A DNA stretch of 64,000 bases from an uncultured bacterium (GTDB lineage: Bacteria > Zixibacteria > MSB-5A5 > CAIYYT01). Position numbers and translations under genes: made by a program. The notes beneath the pieces are model-generated. The model was not told the DNA's origin. It made no database searches and saw nothing but the letters and a program-made list of their open reading frames with translations. Positions 48,461 through 59,140 of the stretch are shown piece after piece. The stretch spans positions 7,762 through 71,761 of the forward strand of contig CAIYYT010000193.1 in NCBI GenBank assembly GCA_903930455.1, written 5' to 3'. Position 1 is the stretch's first letter. The number at the start of each line of letters is the position of its first letter.

Positions 48461-50419
48461 TTGACGATCAAGAAATTCCTATTCGTACTCGGTTTGGCGA
48501 GCGTTGTTGTGTTGTCGTTCTACGCCCAAAGTCCCGCCGGCAACAAGATCAGAATCAGACCAAACAGTCTCCAGTCCGACAGTGTCAAGGTCTGGGTCTT
48601 CTTCCATGACAAGGGGAATACGCAAATACCGCTCTCCAAGAAAGCGGCTGTGAACGATAAGGCAATGCTACGCCGGATTCAACGGGGGAGTATTGCCGAT
48701 TATGCTACCTACGACCGCGAAGTGAATCCTGAATATGTCATACAGATTGTTCCGCTGGTGAAGCGTGTCGCGCAAACGTCGCGTTGGCTCAATGCGGTCA
48801 GCGCCTGGACGACACCGTCAGGACTTGGTCGACTCGCAGAGCTTGAATTTGTCGATAGCGTGAAGGAAGTTGCGATCTTTGTTCGCAAGCCGGAGCCGAC
48901 CGCCGAGGCTGATACGATGAGGATGTTGAAACCAGAATCGCCTTATCCGCCCGACTACGGCGAGTCCTACCCACAGGCCGCCCAAATCGAGGTGGACCAG
49001 CTTCACAATCGTAGTCTGACCGGAACCGGCGTAACCATACTCATGCTCGACACCGGTTTTAAGATATCGCATGCAGCCTTCGCGCGAATGAATATCGATT
49101 CGACCTGGGATTTCATTAACAACGATGTCAATGTCGAAGATCCCAATGATCCTTCCGAAAACGGCTTCGGGATTTCGCAACAATCGCACGGTACCGCAAC
49201 ATTGTCGATTATCGGTGGCTATGATTATGGGAATATGATCGGCGTTGCCTACGATGCTGATTTCCTCTTGGCGAAAACGGAGATTACCAGCCAGGAGATA
49301 AAAGCGGAAGAGGACAATTGGGTGGCCGGAATTGAATGGGGTGAGCGTTTGGGTGCAGATGTTGTCTCCAGTTCGCTCGGTTACGACAATTGGTATGCAT
49401 GGGAAGACAAGGATGGCCAGACGGCCACCTGTACGATTGCTGCTACCATTGCGGCCCGACATGGTCTGGTTGTCGTCAATGCCGTTGGCAACGGAGGGCG
49501 CACTTCGCCACACCCGACTATTATCACTCCTGCAGATGGTGACAGTGTGATCGCCGTCGGTGCGGTTAGCCTTGGGGGAGAAATCGCCGGTTTCTCATCC
49601 AATGGCCCAACTTTTGACGGCCGGATTAAGCCGGATGTCTGTGCTCTGGGGGAGAGCGACCGGATCGCCAATCAGTCCGGTGGTTATGGCAACGGGAGCG
49701 GTACATCGTTTGCCACTCCTCTGGTGGCGGGGGCGTGCACTCTGCTGCTTCAAGCTCACCCGAATTGGCACTACGGCGATCTTTATCGCGCCATCACCGG
49801 CACGGCGACACAATCCGCAACCCCTGATACCGTATACGGTTATGGCATTATTCGCGCCTACCATGCCTTACATTTCGGGTCGGACACCACGGCAACCTTC
49901 AAAATTTCTGGCAAGACTGGCATGGCTGGCACGAACCTCAGTTATGTTGATGGGACGCTGAAGTCTGCAACCTCGAATACTGACGCTACCTACACGCTCG
50001 TTGTCTCTTATGACTGGACAGGTACGGTAATGCCAACCAAGACCGGATATACTTTTATGCCCGATCACTTGGACATTGCCAATGTCCTGGAAGATATAAG
50101 CGGGCAGGATTTCATCGCGTCATCCGAGGCCATTTCCGGCGTTGTCGCAGCACCCAATCCGTTCACCGGGTCTGTAGACTTCGTTTTTTCTCTAAAGACT
50201 GCCGGAGAAGCGAAATATCGAATTTACGACATCGCCGGAGAGAAAATAGCTGAGAAATCGGCATCGTTCACTCTTTCCGGAGGGGCGAGTTCCTCAATTT
50301 ATCGTCTCTCCTGGGACGGTCAGAATTACAAAGGTGACCAGGCTGCTGCAGGCGTCTATATTGTGTATTTCGCCAGTCCGGGTATCGAAACGACCCTGAA
50401 GGTTTTCAAGAAAGAGTAG
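48461..50419 (+). CDS. secreted subtilisin-like (S8) serine peptidase with a type IX secretion C-terminal sorting domain
   Basis: Catalytic triad contexts DTGF (Asp), HGTATLSII (His) and GTSFATPLVAGA (Ser). The C-terminal ~80 aa (PNPFTGSVDFVFSL...YRIYDIAGEKI...AGVYIVYF...KVFKKE) fits the Por_Secre_tail/T9SS CTD. Confidence 0.85.
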   Translation: MTIKKFLFVLGLASVVVLSFYAQSPAGNKIRIRPNSLQSDSVKVWVFFHDKGNTQIPLSKKAAVNDKAMLRRIQRGSIADYATYDREVNPEYVIQIVPLVKRVAQTSRWLNAVSAWTTPSGLGRLAELEFVDSVKEVAIFVRKPEPTAEADTMRMLKPESPYPPDYGESYPQAAQIEVDQLHNRSLTGTGVTILMLDTGFKISHAAFARMNIDSTWDFINNDVNVEDPNDPSENGFGISQQSHGTATLSIIGGYDYGNMIGVAYDADFLLAKTEITSQEIKAEEDNWVAGIEWGERLGADVVSSSLGYDNWYAWEDKDGQTATCTIAATIAARHGLVVVNAVGNGGRTSPHPTIITPADGDSVIAVGAVSLGGEIAGFSSNGPTFDGRIKPDVCALGESDRIANQSGGYGNGSGTSFATPLVAGACTLLLQAHPNWHYGDLYRAITGTATQSATPDTVYGYGIIRAYHALHFGSDTTATFKISGKTGMAGTNLSYVDGTLKSATSNTDATYTLVVSYDWTGTVMPTKTGYTFMPDHLDIANVLEDISGQDFIASSEAISGVVAAPNPFTGSVDFVFSLKTAGEAKYRIYDIAGEKIAEKSASFTLSGGASSSIYRLSWDGQNYKGDQAAAGVYIVYFASPGIETTLKVFKKE

Positions 50420-50735
50420 TAGAAAAGCGTTCCAGTCCTCTCCGCGGCCATCGCAGATACCCCTTTTCGACGGCTCCTCCGACCGAGGTCACTCCCTTTC
50501 GCGTTGACAGCCCGCCTCTAAAGCAGTATACTTACCATCTATGACGCGGCACTAGTGTCCGCGTCCTGGCTTTTGTTTTCCTGGGTTCTGAGTGGTGACG
50601 CTATCCACGAAAACCTAGAATAGATCAGAACCTTCGCGGTTTTGAGAGCTTGTGGTTCAAACCATTGCGGTTTGACAAAGACCAGTAGCCCAGCCCCTTG
50701 TGGGTGCGCTACGGCACAGAAGGAAGTGATTTTCA

Positions 50736-51743
50736 ATGCCGGACATTCTAGCTAAAGTGTATCGTAACAGAACGGTCGAGTCCGTTCATTACGGGTCCAT
50801 TGTCGTCAGTGATAAGGACGGTAACGTTCTTTTCTATCACGGCGACGCGAATCTGATTACTTACACGCGGTCATCGGCGAAAGCTTTTCAGTTTCTGTCG
50901 GTTTATGAATCGGGTGCGGTTAAGCGGTTCGGTTTTTCGCTGCAGCAGATGGCGATAATGCTCGGTTCCCACACGGGCACGCCGTTGCATGAGCAGATGG
51001 TGAAATCCAACCTCGATCTGATAGGTCTTGACGAATCGTACCTGAAATGTGGCACGCATGTCCCGATCGATTACCAGCAAAAGGGTTATATCCCATACGA
51101 AGGCCAGAAGTTTTCACAACTCGTGCACAACTGTTCCGGCAAGCACTCCGGGCAACTGGCGCTGGCGCTGCATATCGGCGATGATCCCAAGAACTACATT
51201 GATCCCGACTCCAAGACGCAGCAGTTGGTAAGGCAAACAGTTGCTGAGGCGTACGACTACCCCGTCGACAAAATTCAAATGGGCACAGATGGCTGTTCGC
51301 TGCCGAACTTCGCGCTGCCACTCAAAAACATGGCTAAAGCGTACGCGATGCTCGTCACCAAATCCAGCGAATCGGCGATTCGCCGCGAAGCATATCAGAC
51401 AGTAATCTCAGCCATGCAGCAGTATCCGATCATGGTCTCCGGTCCCGGACGTTGTGATCTGGCGGTGACAGAGGCCTGTAAGGGTGACGTCATCTTGAAG
51501 ATCGGCGGCGAAGCGGTCGAAGTTATCGGCGTCCTTTCCAAAGGACTCGGTATCGCTATCAAAATTTCCGATGGCAACCCGCGTGCGCTTTATCCCGTGA
51601 TTGTTGAAACGCTACGTCAGATTGGCGCACTCGATGATTCACAAGCTCAGGCGCTGGCGAAGTTCACGCGCCCTCGGCTATACAACTTCCGCGACCTGCA
51701 CATCGGCGAGATTCTGCCGTGCTTTACGCTAAGGCGAGGGTAG
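50736..51743 (+). CDS. L-asparaginase II family protein
   Basis: VESVHYGSIVVSDKDGNVLFYHGDANLITYTRSSAKAFQ matches the asparaginase_II N-terminal signature. Confidence 0.7.
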   Translation: MPDILAKVYRNRTVESVHYGSIVVSDKDGNVLFYHGDANLITYTRSSAKAFQFLSVYESGAVKRFGFSLQQMAIMLGSHTGTPLHEQMVKSNLDLIGLDESYLKCGTHVPIDYQQKGYIPYEGQKFSQLVHNCSGKHSGQLALALHIGDDPKNYIDPDSKTQQLVRQTVAEAYDYPVDKIQMGTDGCSLPNFALPLKNMAKAYAMLVTKSSESAIRREAYQTVISAMQQYPIMVSGPGRCDLAVTEACKGDVILKIGGEAVEVIGVLSKGLGIAIKISDGNPRALYPVIVETLRQIGALDDSQAQALAKFTRPRLYNFRDLHIGEILPCFTLRRG

Positions 51744-51809
51744 CTTGAGTAGTCTTCACCCAGATAGTCTTTCTATCGATGTTCTCAACGGCAACATTCA
51801 GGAGTAGTA

Positions 51810-53204
51810 ATGGAGCATTTTGCAGAACCGTATCGGATAAAAGTAGTCGAGCCCATCAATCTGATCTCGCGCGAAGAACGCGAGCAAAGGATTCGTGAAG
51901 CGCACTTCAACATCTTCAACCTGAAATCCCGCCATGTTTTTATCGACCTCCTGACCGATTCCGGCACCGGTGCGATGAGCGACAATCAATGGGCCGGCAT
52001 GATGCTGGGCGATGAGGCTTACGCGCAGTGCGCCAACTACGAACACTTTGAAGCTACCCTGCGCGACGTATTTGGCTTCAAGTATTTCATTCCCGTGCAT
52101 CAGGGGCGCGTGGCCGAGAACCTGCTGTTTTCGAATATCGTTAAGCCGGGTGACTACATTCCGAATAACACGCACTTCGACACGACGCGTGCCAATACGC
52201 TGCATAAGGGCGGCTATCCCGTTGATCTCATCTGCTCCGAGGCTCGGGACCCGCATTCGCAGTATCCATTCAAAGGCAACATGGATGTCGCTCGACTGGA
52301 AGAGTTCATCCGTGAGAAAGGGGCCGACAAGATTCCGGCCTGTTTCCTGACCATAACCAATAATTCAACCGGCGGACAGCCGGTATCGATGGCGAATATT
52401 CGGGCGACCAAGGAAGTGCTCGACAAGTTCGGCATCCCGCTCTATTTCGATGCCGCACGCTTTGCCGAGAATGCATACTTCATCCAGCAGCGGGAAGCGG
52501 GATACAAGGACAGGCTGATTATCGATATCGTCCGCGAGATGTTCAGCTACGGCGATGGTGTGCTGATGTCGGCGAAGAAGGATGGTTTGGTGAACATGGG
52601 GGGCTTCATCGGCATTAATGATGCCGAGTTGGAAGAGAAAATCACCAACCTGATGATTCTGATCGAGGGGTTCCGCACCTATGGCGGTCTTGCCGGTCGT
52701 GATCTGGAAGCGATTGCGCGCGGTATATATGAAGCACTTGACCCGCGCTATCTTGAATTCCGCACGAAGCAGGTCAAGCTTCTTGGTGAGGAACTGATGA
52801 AGCGTGGTATCCCAATCATCGAACCGACCGGCGGTCATGCGGTCTTTATCAACGCCGGCGAATTCTTGCCCAACATACCGCCCAGCGAGTTCCCCGGGCA
52901 GAGCATTGTGATCGCATTGTACCGTGAGGGTGGCATCCGCTCCTGCGAGATCGGCTCAATCATGTTTGAAACCAAGGATCCAACCACCGGCAAGTCGGAA
53001 TATGCACCCTACGAGTTGGTGCGCTTGGCGGTACCGCGTCGTGTCTATACAAACGCGCATTTAATGCATGTAGCGCTTTGCATGGACAAGATCAGGGACT
53101 ATAAAGATAAGCTGACCGGCTTTGATATCATTCACCAGTCAAAATTGCTCCGCCACTTCACGCTGAAGCTCGAAGAGAAGAAGTCGGTTCGTACGTCTGT
53201 GTAG
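51810..53204 (+). CDS. beta-eliminating lyase (tryptophanase/tyrosine phenol-lyase family, PLP-dependent)
   Basis: 464 aa, aligns by eye along its full length to TnaA/Tpl. SAKKDGLVNMGGF carries the PLP-lysine region. Confidence 0.85.
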   Translation: MEHFAEPYRIKVVEPINLISREEREQRIREAHFNIFNLKSRHVFIDLLTDSGTGAMSDNQWAGMMLGDEAYAQCANYEHFEATLRDVFGFKYFIPVHQGRVAENLLFSNIVKPGDYIPNNTHFDTTRANTLHKGGYPVDLICSEARDPHSQYPFKGNMDVARLEEFIREKGADKIPACFLTITNNSTGGQPVSMANIRATKEVLDKFGIPLYFDAARFAENAYFIQQREAGYKDRLIIDIVREMFSYGDGVLMSAKKDGLVNMGGFIGINDAELEEKITNLMILIEGFRTYGGLAGRDLEAIARGIYEALDPRYLEFRTKQVKLLGEELMKRGIPIIEPTGGHAVFINAGEFLPNIPPSEFPGQSIVIALYREGGIRSCEIGSIMFETKDPTTGKSEYAPYELVRLAVPRRVYTNAHLMHVALCMDKIRDYKDKLTGFDIIHQSKLLRHFTLKLEEKKSVRTSV

Positions 53205-53254
53205 CGGCGCGGGAAGCACTTTGCCGATTCGATTGAACAGCCCCCGACAAAAAC

Positions 53255-53290
53255 AGCGCCGTCAGGAAAGGATTCCTGACGGCGTTTTGG
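53255..53290 (+). terminator. intrinsic terminator (GTCAGGAAAGGATTCCTGAC core)
   Basis: cgccgtcaggaaaggattcctgacggcg followed by TTTT. Confidence 0.65.
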
Positions 53291-53530
53291 TTTCCGCCAC
53301 CTATTGCTGCGTGGCCCGTGCCCGTTCATAGGACAGTGTCGCGCGGGTCCTTTCCGATTGGCAGCAGGCTGCTTCCGAGCCAAGCATGGTCTGGGTGCAA
53401 TCGCGTCTCGCACAAAGACCAAAGCAGTTTCACGAGATCCAGACACTCAAACACTCTTGACAATTTGATAACTAGGACTATCTTGTCTTCACAAGGTGAT
53501 TCTTAAGACTATATTTTGTTGGAGGAAACC

Positions 53531-54265
53531 GTGATCAGAATCTCTCGCTTACTGATAGTGATACTCCTGATGGTTGCTTGCTCAAACGACAACGGTGTCA
53601 ATTCATCCGCTGACATAGGGATTAGCATAAGTCCAAAGAAGCTGGACTTCAACTGTTTCTCAGGCGGGCCGGAATCCGAGCACAAGTGTTTTGTTGTCAA
53701 AAACACAAACAAGGACTCCCTGAGTATTAGTCTACAAACTGGAGGCAGCAGGGTTCACATGAGTCCCGTGTCCGTTCGCCTTGGACCTTCCGCCGCCGAA
53801 TCAATCGGGGTTTGGTTGGATTGCAGCCAGACACCCATTGGCTCGTTCTTCGATACGGTTGCCGTGTCGTGTTCCGACAAGCCGGACTGGGTAGATATGG
53901 TTCTGGTCAGATCGTATGTGGCCGAAGGCAGAACCTACGTTACGACAGACAGTTCGCACTTTCTTGAAGTGTATGGAGGCTACATTGATGGATGTTATTT
54001 GTGGAGCGTCAACGTGACATGGAACTTGGTCTGCCATAGTAGCAACGGCAAGTCCGTATTCGTCAGCAAGTATACAGCTTATGGTGGCGGCACTCTTGGC
54101 GAACGCACCTTTGCTCCTCTCGCGGAACTCAAACCCGGCGCAACCATGAAATGTAGTCTTTCCTTCCAGGGTTGCGGTGGACCCAATTACGTGGGAGCAT
54201 ACTCGGTCCAAGTCGAAGTCCAGATCGATGGTAAACTCACCACGGTTATTGTCACGCGAGAATAG
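53531..54265 (+). CDS. hypothetical lipoprotein
   Basis: GTG start after GGAGGAAACC. LMVACSND lipobox. ORF opens at 53516. Confidence 0.5.
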   Translation: MIRISRLLIVILLMVACSNDNGVNSSADIGISISPKKLDFNCFSGGPESEHKCFVVKNTNKDSLSISLQTGGSRVHMSPVSVRLGPSAAESIGVWLDCSQTPIGSFFDTVAVSCSDKPDWVDMVLVRSYVAEGRTYVTTDSSHFLEVYGGYIDGCYLWSVNVTWNLVCHSSNGKSVFVSKYTAYGGGTLGERTFAPLAELKPGATMKCSLSFQGCGGPNYVGAYSVQVEVQIDGKLTTVIVTRE

Positions 54266-54558
54266 CTGTAGTCCGAGACGGCCTTGATTTTGACAACTGC
54301 TAGATCTGTTGAATCAGCAGGGAGTGGTTGGGTTCCTCACCTCATCAAAAGGGAAAACTTGTCCGCGATTGTCGATGGACTACAAGCCCTCCTTGAGGAA
54401 ATAGCACCGGTACATCGAGACATATATTGTACTGCGAATATCGGCTTGATGATATGTGATCGGGCTCGCTGATCAACCAGACTAATTTCGCTCCCACAGG
54501 GCTGTTGGCAAGTCGTCGCTAGAAATGTCGCGGCTGAAGATGCTCCTGCGCAGGCGTC

Positions 54559-55068
54559 CTAGTCCTCTTGACCCGCTTCTTTCCAAAGCTTGTCCGGGCT
54601 TACTGGCTCTGCTTGTTCCTGCGTAAGGTTGTTTGCATCGATATCTGCAACGATAAAATTCTCCGGAGGAACCGGACTGCCTGCAAGTCTCCGCAGCATG
54701 ATAAGCTGCCCGGCGTGGGTCATCGCATCGGAGAATGGGCCTTGGAGCATTGGCTCGGGGGTTGTATTCCGAAACGGAGTAACTTGATCGAGATGATTGC
54801 CAAGGTCTTCGAGTAGCGAATGGAAACGTCGGATTTCCGAATCCAAATCAGGCAGCGGCTCCGCGCGGTACGCGCCTCCAATGAAGAAAGTCCGCGCATA
54901 TCCCAACACACTGCTCATGTGCCGTAGGAGTTCCTGTGGAGTCCGCACTCCCGGAGTTGCGCGAAATGACGCAAACGACACCGGCGCACCCCGTAGCGCT
55001 TTTTGTGTCCGGTAGGCTAGCGCTGCGAGAAAGTGCCGCAACAACGCTCGCTTGTCATCAACGGCCAT
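54559..55068 (-). CDS. DinB/YfiT-like four-helix-bundle protein (putative metal-dependent)
   Basis: Pattern of spaced His residues in helices (LRHMSSVLGYAR...MTHAGQLIMLRR). Confidence 0.35.
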   Translation of the reverse strand: MAVDDKRALLRHFLAALAYRTQKALRGAPVSFASFRATPGVRTPQELLRHMSSVLGYARTFFIGGAYRAEPLPDLDSEIRRFHSLLEDLGNHLDQVTPFRNTTPEPMLQGPFSDAMTHAGQLIMLRRLAGSPVPPENFIVADIDANNLTQEQAEPVSPDKLWKEAGQED

Positions 55069-55084
55069 GCTGAAACTTGGCTCG

Positions 55085-55651
55085 TTACGGGTGCGAGACC
55101 CGAATATCTCCCAACCCGACCTTGGCGATCAAGTAGATTTTCTTATCTGCGTTAGGGTAGTCGGCGTCCTGATGTTCCAGCTTGGCGCCAAAGCCGTCGC
55201 CGCGCTTGCCAAGAATATGAATATCACCGATGCCTGCGGTGCAACTGGCCTTGAGTGGCACGTTGGAAGGGACGATAATCTCGAGGTCACCCATTCCCAG
55301 GTTGCAGTGTATGAGGTTCTCACCCTCGTGCAGAGCAGATGATGACAGGTCGATCGTGATGTCGCCTGCTCCCTGGTCGGTTTTAAGACCGCCAGTGTCG
55401 ATATTGACAGGTCTTAGATGCAGATCACCGATTGTGCGCGAAAATTTCTCGCCGCAGAAGTCAGTCCATTTGTCCTTTGACCAGTGACGCTTTCGGGAGT
55501 GGCTGAAAAGCTGTTCAAGGCCGAATGCGATCAATATCAGAGGCCAGAATTTGTGAATAAACTCCCCGAGGCTAAAATCAAACCACCCGACATTGTTACC
55601 GAGAATCAGAAATCCGAGTAGAATCAGCAGTATTCCCAAAAACCAACGCAT
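55085..55651 (-). CDS. LiaF-like protein: N-terminal 2-TM region + C-terminal toastrack (DUF4097-like) beta-helix
   Basis: MRWFLGILLILLGFLILGNNVGW...FWPLILIAFGL, then repeated GDI/GDL beta-solenoid motifs (GAGDITIDL, GMGDLEII, GIGDIHIL, GLGDIRV). ORF opens at 55726. Confidence 0.5.
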   Translation of the reverse strand: MRWFLGILLILLGFLILGNNVGWFDFSLGEFIHKFWPLILIAFGLEQLFSHSRKRHWSKDKWTDFCGEKFSRTIGDLHLRPVNIDTGGLKTDQGAGDITIDLSSSALHEGENLIHCNLGMGDLEIIVPSNVPLKASCTAGIGDIHILGKRGDGFGAKLEHQDADYPNADKKIYLIAKVGLGDIRVSHP

Positions 55652-55897
55652 GGCGACTCCTTTGTCATGGCGACGGACATTCGAATGTCGCGGGCAATCA
55701 GGGGGATACCTCCGCGACGACAGCAATATGGTGGATATGGCGCTCGGCGACCAAGGGAAATCTCTTGACTCTCAACAAAGGCACCGATAATTTCCCGCAA
55801 CCTGAGGAGTCCGCCGCCGTACTATGCCGTAGCTTGACCCCTCGTGGACGCTGTTGACTTGCAGAATCATCTACTGACAATATGAAGGAGAATCGCC

Positions 55898-56818
55898 ATG
55901 AAGAGAGATTTCGTCGCCGAGACTGATTTCACCACCAAGGAAATCGACCGTGTTTTTGAGCTGTGCGCCGCCATGAAGAACAAGAAGATTGCTCCCAAGC
56001 CGCTGGCAGGGAAGACGGTCGGCTGCATTTTTCACAAGGCGTCGCTACGTACCCGCATTTCTTTCGAGGTCGGTGTCGCCGAGCTGGGGGGGAGTTCGCT
56101 CTATATTACGGAGAAAGAGATCGAGCTCGGCAAGCGCGAAACGATCTATGACGCCGCCAAAGTTTTGTCGCGCTATCTGGCAATGATCACGATCCGTACC
56201 TTCGCCCACAGCGACGTCGAGGAGTTGGCGCGGCATTCGGGAATCCCGGTGATCAATGCCTTGACGGATTTGCTGCATCCCTGTCAGATATTGGGCGACG
56301 CTTTTACTATAATTGAGAAGAAGGGCAAACTGGACGGGCTGAGGATTGTTTACCTCGGCGATGGCAACAACATAGCAAACTCCTTAATAAATCTTGCCAG
56401 GCGTTATCCCATAAAGCTGGTGATCGGTACCAACCCCGGCACACTCCCTGATCAGACTCTGGTCAAAGCGGCGCAGGCCGAGAAGGTTGGGAGCGTTGAG
56501 GTTGTATTTAACCCTAAAGAAGCCGCTACCGCTGCCGATGTAATCTATACGGACGTGTGGGCGAGTATGGGACAGAAGCACTTGGCGGAGGAAAAGGCGG
56601 AGCTGCTGAAAGATTTTCAGGTGAACGACGCCCTGCTTAAACTGGCGAAACCTGGTTGTTTGGTGATGCACTGCCTTCCGGCGCTGCGTAATGCCGAGAT
56701 CACTGACTCGGTTATGGATGGTCCCAACTCGGTCGTTTTCGATCAGGCCGAAAACAGACTGCACATTCAGAAAGCGATAATGCTTGTACTGATGGATCAG
56801 AAACTGCTGGGAACTTAA
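55898..56818 (+). CDS. argF: ornithine carbamoyltransferase
   Basis: SLRTR carbamoyl-phosphate motif, HPCQ, DVWASMG and HCLPA motifs. Confidence 0.8.
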   Translation: MKRDFVAETDFTTKEIDRVFELCAAMKNKKIAPKPLAGKTVGCIFHKASLRTRISFEVGVAELGGSSLYITEKEIELGKRETIYDAAKVLSRYLAMITIRTFAHSDVEELARHSGIPVINALTDLLHPCQILGDAFTIIEKKGKLDGLRIVYLGDGNNIANSLINLARRYPIKLVIGTNPGTLPDQTLVKAAQAEKVGSVEVVFNPKEAATAADVIYTDVWASMGQKHLAEEKAELLKDFQVNDALLKLAKPGCLVMHCLPALRNAEITDSVMDGPNSVVFDQAENRLHIQKAIMLVLMDQKLLGT

Positions 56819-56838
56819 TTACAACAAAAGGAGTCATT

Positions 56839-57693
56839 ATGTTACGCCGCAGTTGCATGGCAGGGCTGCTCATTGTCCTTGCGTTTCTCTTCACCTTTGC
56901 CGGTTGTTCCGACAATTCAACCGGAACTAACAAAGTCGTCGGTGATCCCAACGCGCCGGAATTCCAGAACATGAAGGCGGCAATAGCTTCTTCAGTCGAC
57001 TCAACCATGTCGATCATGCTTCGCTTTGCTGTCGACCCTGGAAAAGTCGCGCCGCAGGATAGTATGAACTTGCGTCCAGACTGGGGCGTACTAAACCCGG
57101 CGGATACGCTTCTTCACAATTGGGTCAATGGCTGGAACATCGTCTACTTGGGTCTCACAACCGGGGCGGAATACAACCGCACGCTGGTAGACTCCGTCCG
57201 GTTTTTCATTGAGAACAATACTCTCGACCGGTATTTCAGCGCTCACGTCGGCCAAATGGATTTCATCCATCATCAGACTGACAGGTACAAGGGGAGCGAG
57301 AACAGCCATCAGAGTTCCGGCACATACGTGGATGTTGTCTACACCGGCGTGAGTACTGGCAATAACGGTTATTCAGTTAGCCATAGCACTTTGGATGGCA
57401 GTGGTACGTTCGTTTGGGATGATTATTATCAGACGATAGGTGGTACTGCTCACGACAATTATCAGTTTGATGCCACCTTTAACGCTGTCAAATTTGCTCA
57501 GGCTGCAAGTCAACCCTGGACACCCGGTATAGCCACTACAGGTACCGTAACGCTCACAGCAACGGTCACTACAGCCGAGACCGAAGGAACTTGGACGGCA
57601 ACCGTCACCTTCAATAGCACAGGTACTGCTCAGGTCACTGCCACAACCGGCAGCACCGAATACAGCTTTCAGATGACCCCGAATTACCAGTAG
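56839..57693 (+). CDS. hypothetical lipoprotein with a Thr-rich C-terminus
   Basis: FAGCSDN lipobox. Low-complexity TGTVTLTATVTTAETEGTWTATVTF tail. Confidence 0.5.
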   Translation: MLRRSCMAGLLIVLAFLFTFAGCSDNSTGTNKVVGDPNAPEFQNMKAAIASSVDSTMSIMLRFAVDPGKVAPQDSMNLRPDWGVLNPADTLLHNWVNGWNIVYLGLTTGAEYNRTLVDSVRFFIENNTLDRYFSAHVGQMDFIHHQTDRYKGSENSHQSSGTYVDVVYTGVSTGNNGYSVSHSTLDGSGTFVWDDYYQTIGGTAHDNYQFDATFNAVKFAQAASQPWTPGIATTGTVTLTATVTTAETEGTWTATVTFNSTGTAQVTATTGSTEYSFQMTPNYQ

Positions 57694-57786
57694 GGTTGTA
57701 CAAATACTCCCAAATCGCGAAGCCGCCCCACCCGGGGCGGCTTTTTTGTTTGACATGTCGGTTAGTATTCGGCAATATGTCGTCTG

Positions 57787-58221
57787 ATGGATAGAGAAGT
57801 TGTAAGATACCGGGGCTGCTTTGTCTGTGGCCAGGACAATGTTATTGGCCTCAACCTTAACTTTCATTCGGACGGTGAATTGGCTCGTACTAAATGGCTT
57901 CCCGACAACCGACACGAAGGCTACAAAGGTATCGTTCATGGTGGCTTGCTGGCGGCAGTACTTGACGAAGTGATGATCAAGGCAGCCTTGGCCAAGGATA
58001 TCCGCTGCGTCACGGCATCAATGGAGGTCAAATACAAAGCACCAGCCGAGGTTGGTGACGAACTGCTTTTCGAGGGGCGGATGACTGAACAGAAGGGAAG
58101 AATAATCCTCACTCTCGGGTGGGCGCGCAACAGCAAAGGGGTTGTCGTTGCCCAAGCGACGGGCAAGTACATGACAGTGCCCGGGGATCTTGACAAACGC
58201 CTGGCGACCTCGCTTGAATAG
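57787..58221 (+). CDS. PaaI/4HBT-family hotdog thioesterase
   Basis: CFVCGQDNVIGLNL...HGGLLAAVLDEVM is the PaaI-type signature. Confidence 0.7.
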   Translation: MDREVVRYRGCFVCGQDNVIGLNLNFHSDGELARTKWLPDNRHEGYKGIVHGGLLAAVLDEVMIKAALAKDIRCVTASMEVKYKAPAEVGDELLFEGRMTEQKGRIILTLGWARNSKGVVVAQATGKYMTVPGDLDKRLATSLE

Positions 58222-58356
58222 AAGGATCGTTCCTGTGCAACAGGATGCAGTATAGGCGCAGCTTCGAGTTGTTGCACGTTTAGCCAGATGGCATTCTAGT
58301 CAGTCGTCGCAAATCGTAACATGTTTTGTTTCAATAGGTAATGGCCGCATCTTTGC

Positions 58357-58908
58357 TTGATAGTTTATTGCTTCCTGAAGGGTACGTCCGGCACATTCCT
58401 TGCGGTGATTCATGGCAAGGTTATGAAGTGCTATTTCTATGGATCCAATCTGCTGCCGGATAAGCTGGCAAAAAATCGAGGGCTGATCTCATTTGCGATA
58501 CCCGACTACGGGGTGTTGTTTCGGTCCCAATATGAAGGCAATCGCTACGAATGCGAATATGCCGCCGCCATAGCCTTGATACGGTTCGTGCAGTTGAATC
58601 AGGAACACTTCCAGGGCAAAGCACTCAAACTGCTAACTGACTCACCCATAGTCGTGTATCAGGTCAACAACCGGATCGCCACAACCAAGACGCTGCAACG
58701 GTTCCGCGATCTGATTTTCTTTTACATGCGCAAGCTGAACTTCGAGCTGGTTTGGGTGCCCGCCAACATGAACCGCGCCAGCACGCCGGTCGCCGAGATC
58801 GGCACCAATCCGCAGTCACCCAAGTTCAACTATGACATCTTCGACGAGAGCACCAAACGCAAAATCATCCACAAACCTCAAAATAAGTCCCCAATAAAGG
58901 TAGCGTAG
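58357..58908 (+). CDS. RNase H-like fold protein (RVT_3-like) with an incomplete DEDD catalytic set
   Basis: The arrangement CYFYGSN / NRYECEYAAAIAL / LLTDSPIVV / WVPANMNRA follows the RNase HI strand/helix order. Only two of the four acidic positions are conserved. Confidence 0.35.
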   Translation: MIVYCFLKGTSGTFLAVIHGKVMKCYFYGSNLLPDKLAKNRGLISFAIPDYGVLFRSQYEGNRYECEYAAAIALIRFVQLNQEHFQGKALKLLTDSPIVVYQVNNRIATTKTLQRFRDLIFFYMRKLNFELVWVPANMNRASTPVAEIGTNPQSPKFNYDIFDESTKRKIIHKPQNKSPIKVA

Positions 58909-59140
58909 CGCTACGCACAGCGTGTTAGCAGACCGGTCGCTTGTGAGTTCTGCCGCAAATTGAGTACTTGATCGTAGGGCCGGATTCCGGACTGCGGGAG
59001 TGCCGAACCCCTTTGTCTCTGTCATTCTGAGAAACGAAAACCGCAACGAAGAACCCCAGATTCGTTGCAGGACAAGCGCGGGATTCTTCGCTCCGCTCAG
59101 CATGATAAGTCACCGGGTTTTTTCAGCAGTCGCCTTGCCC

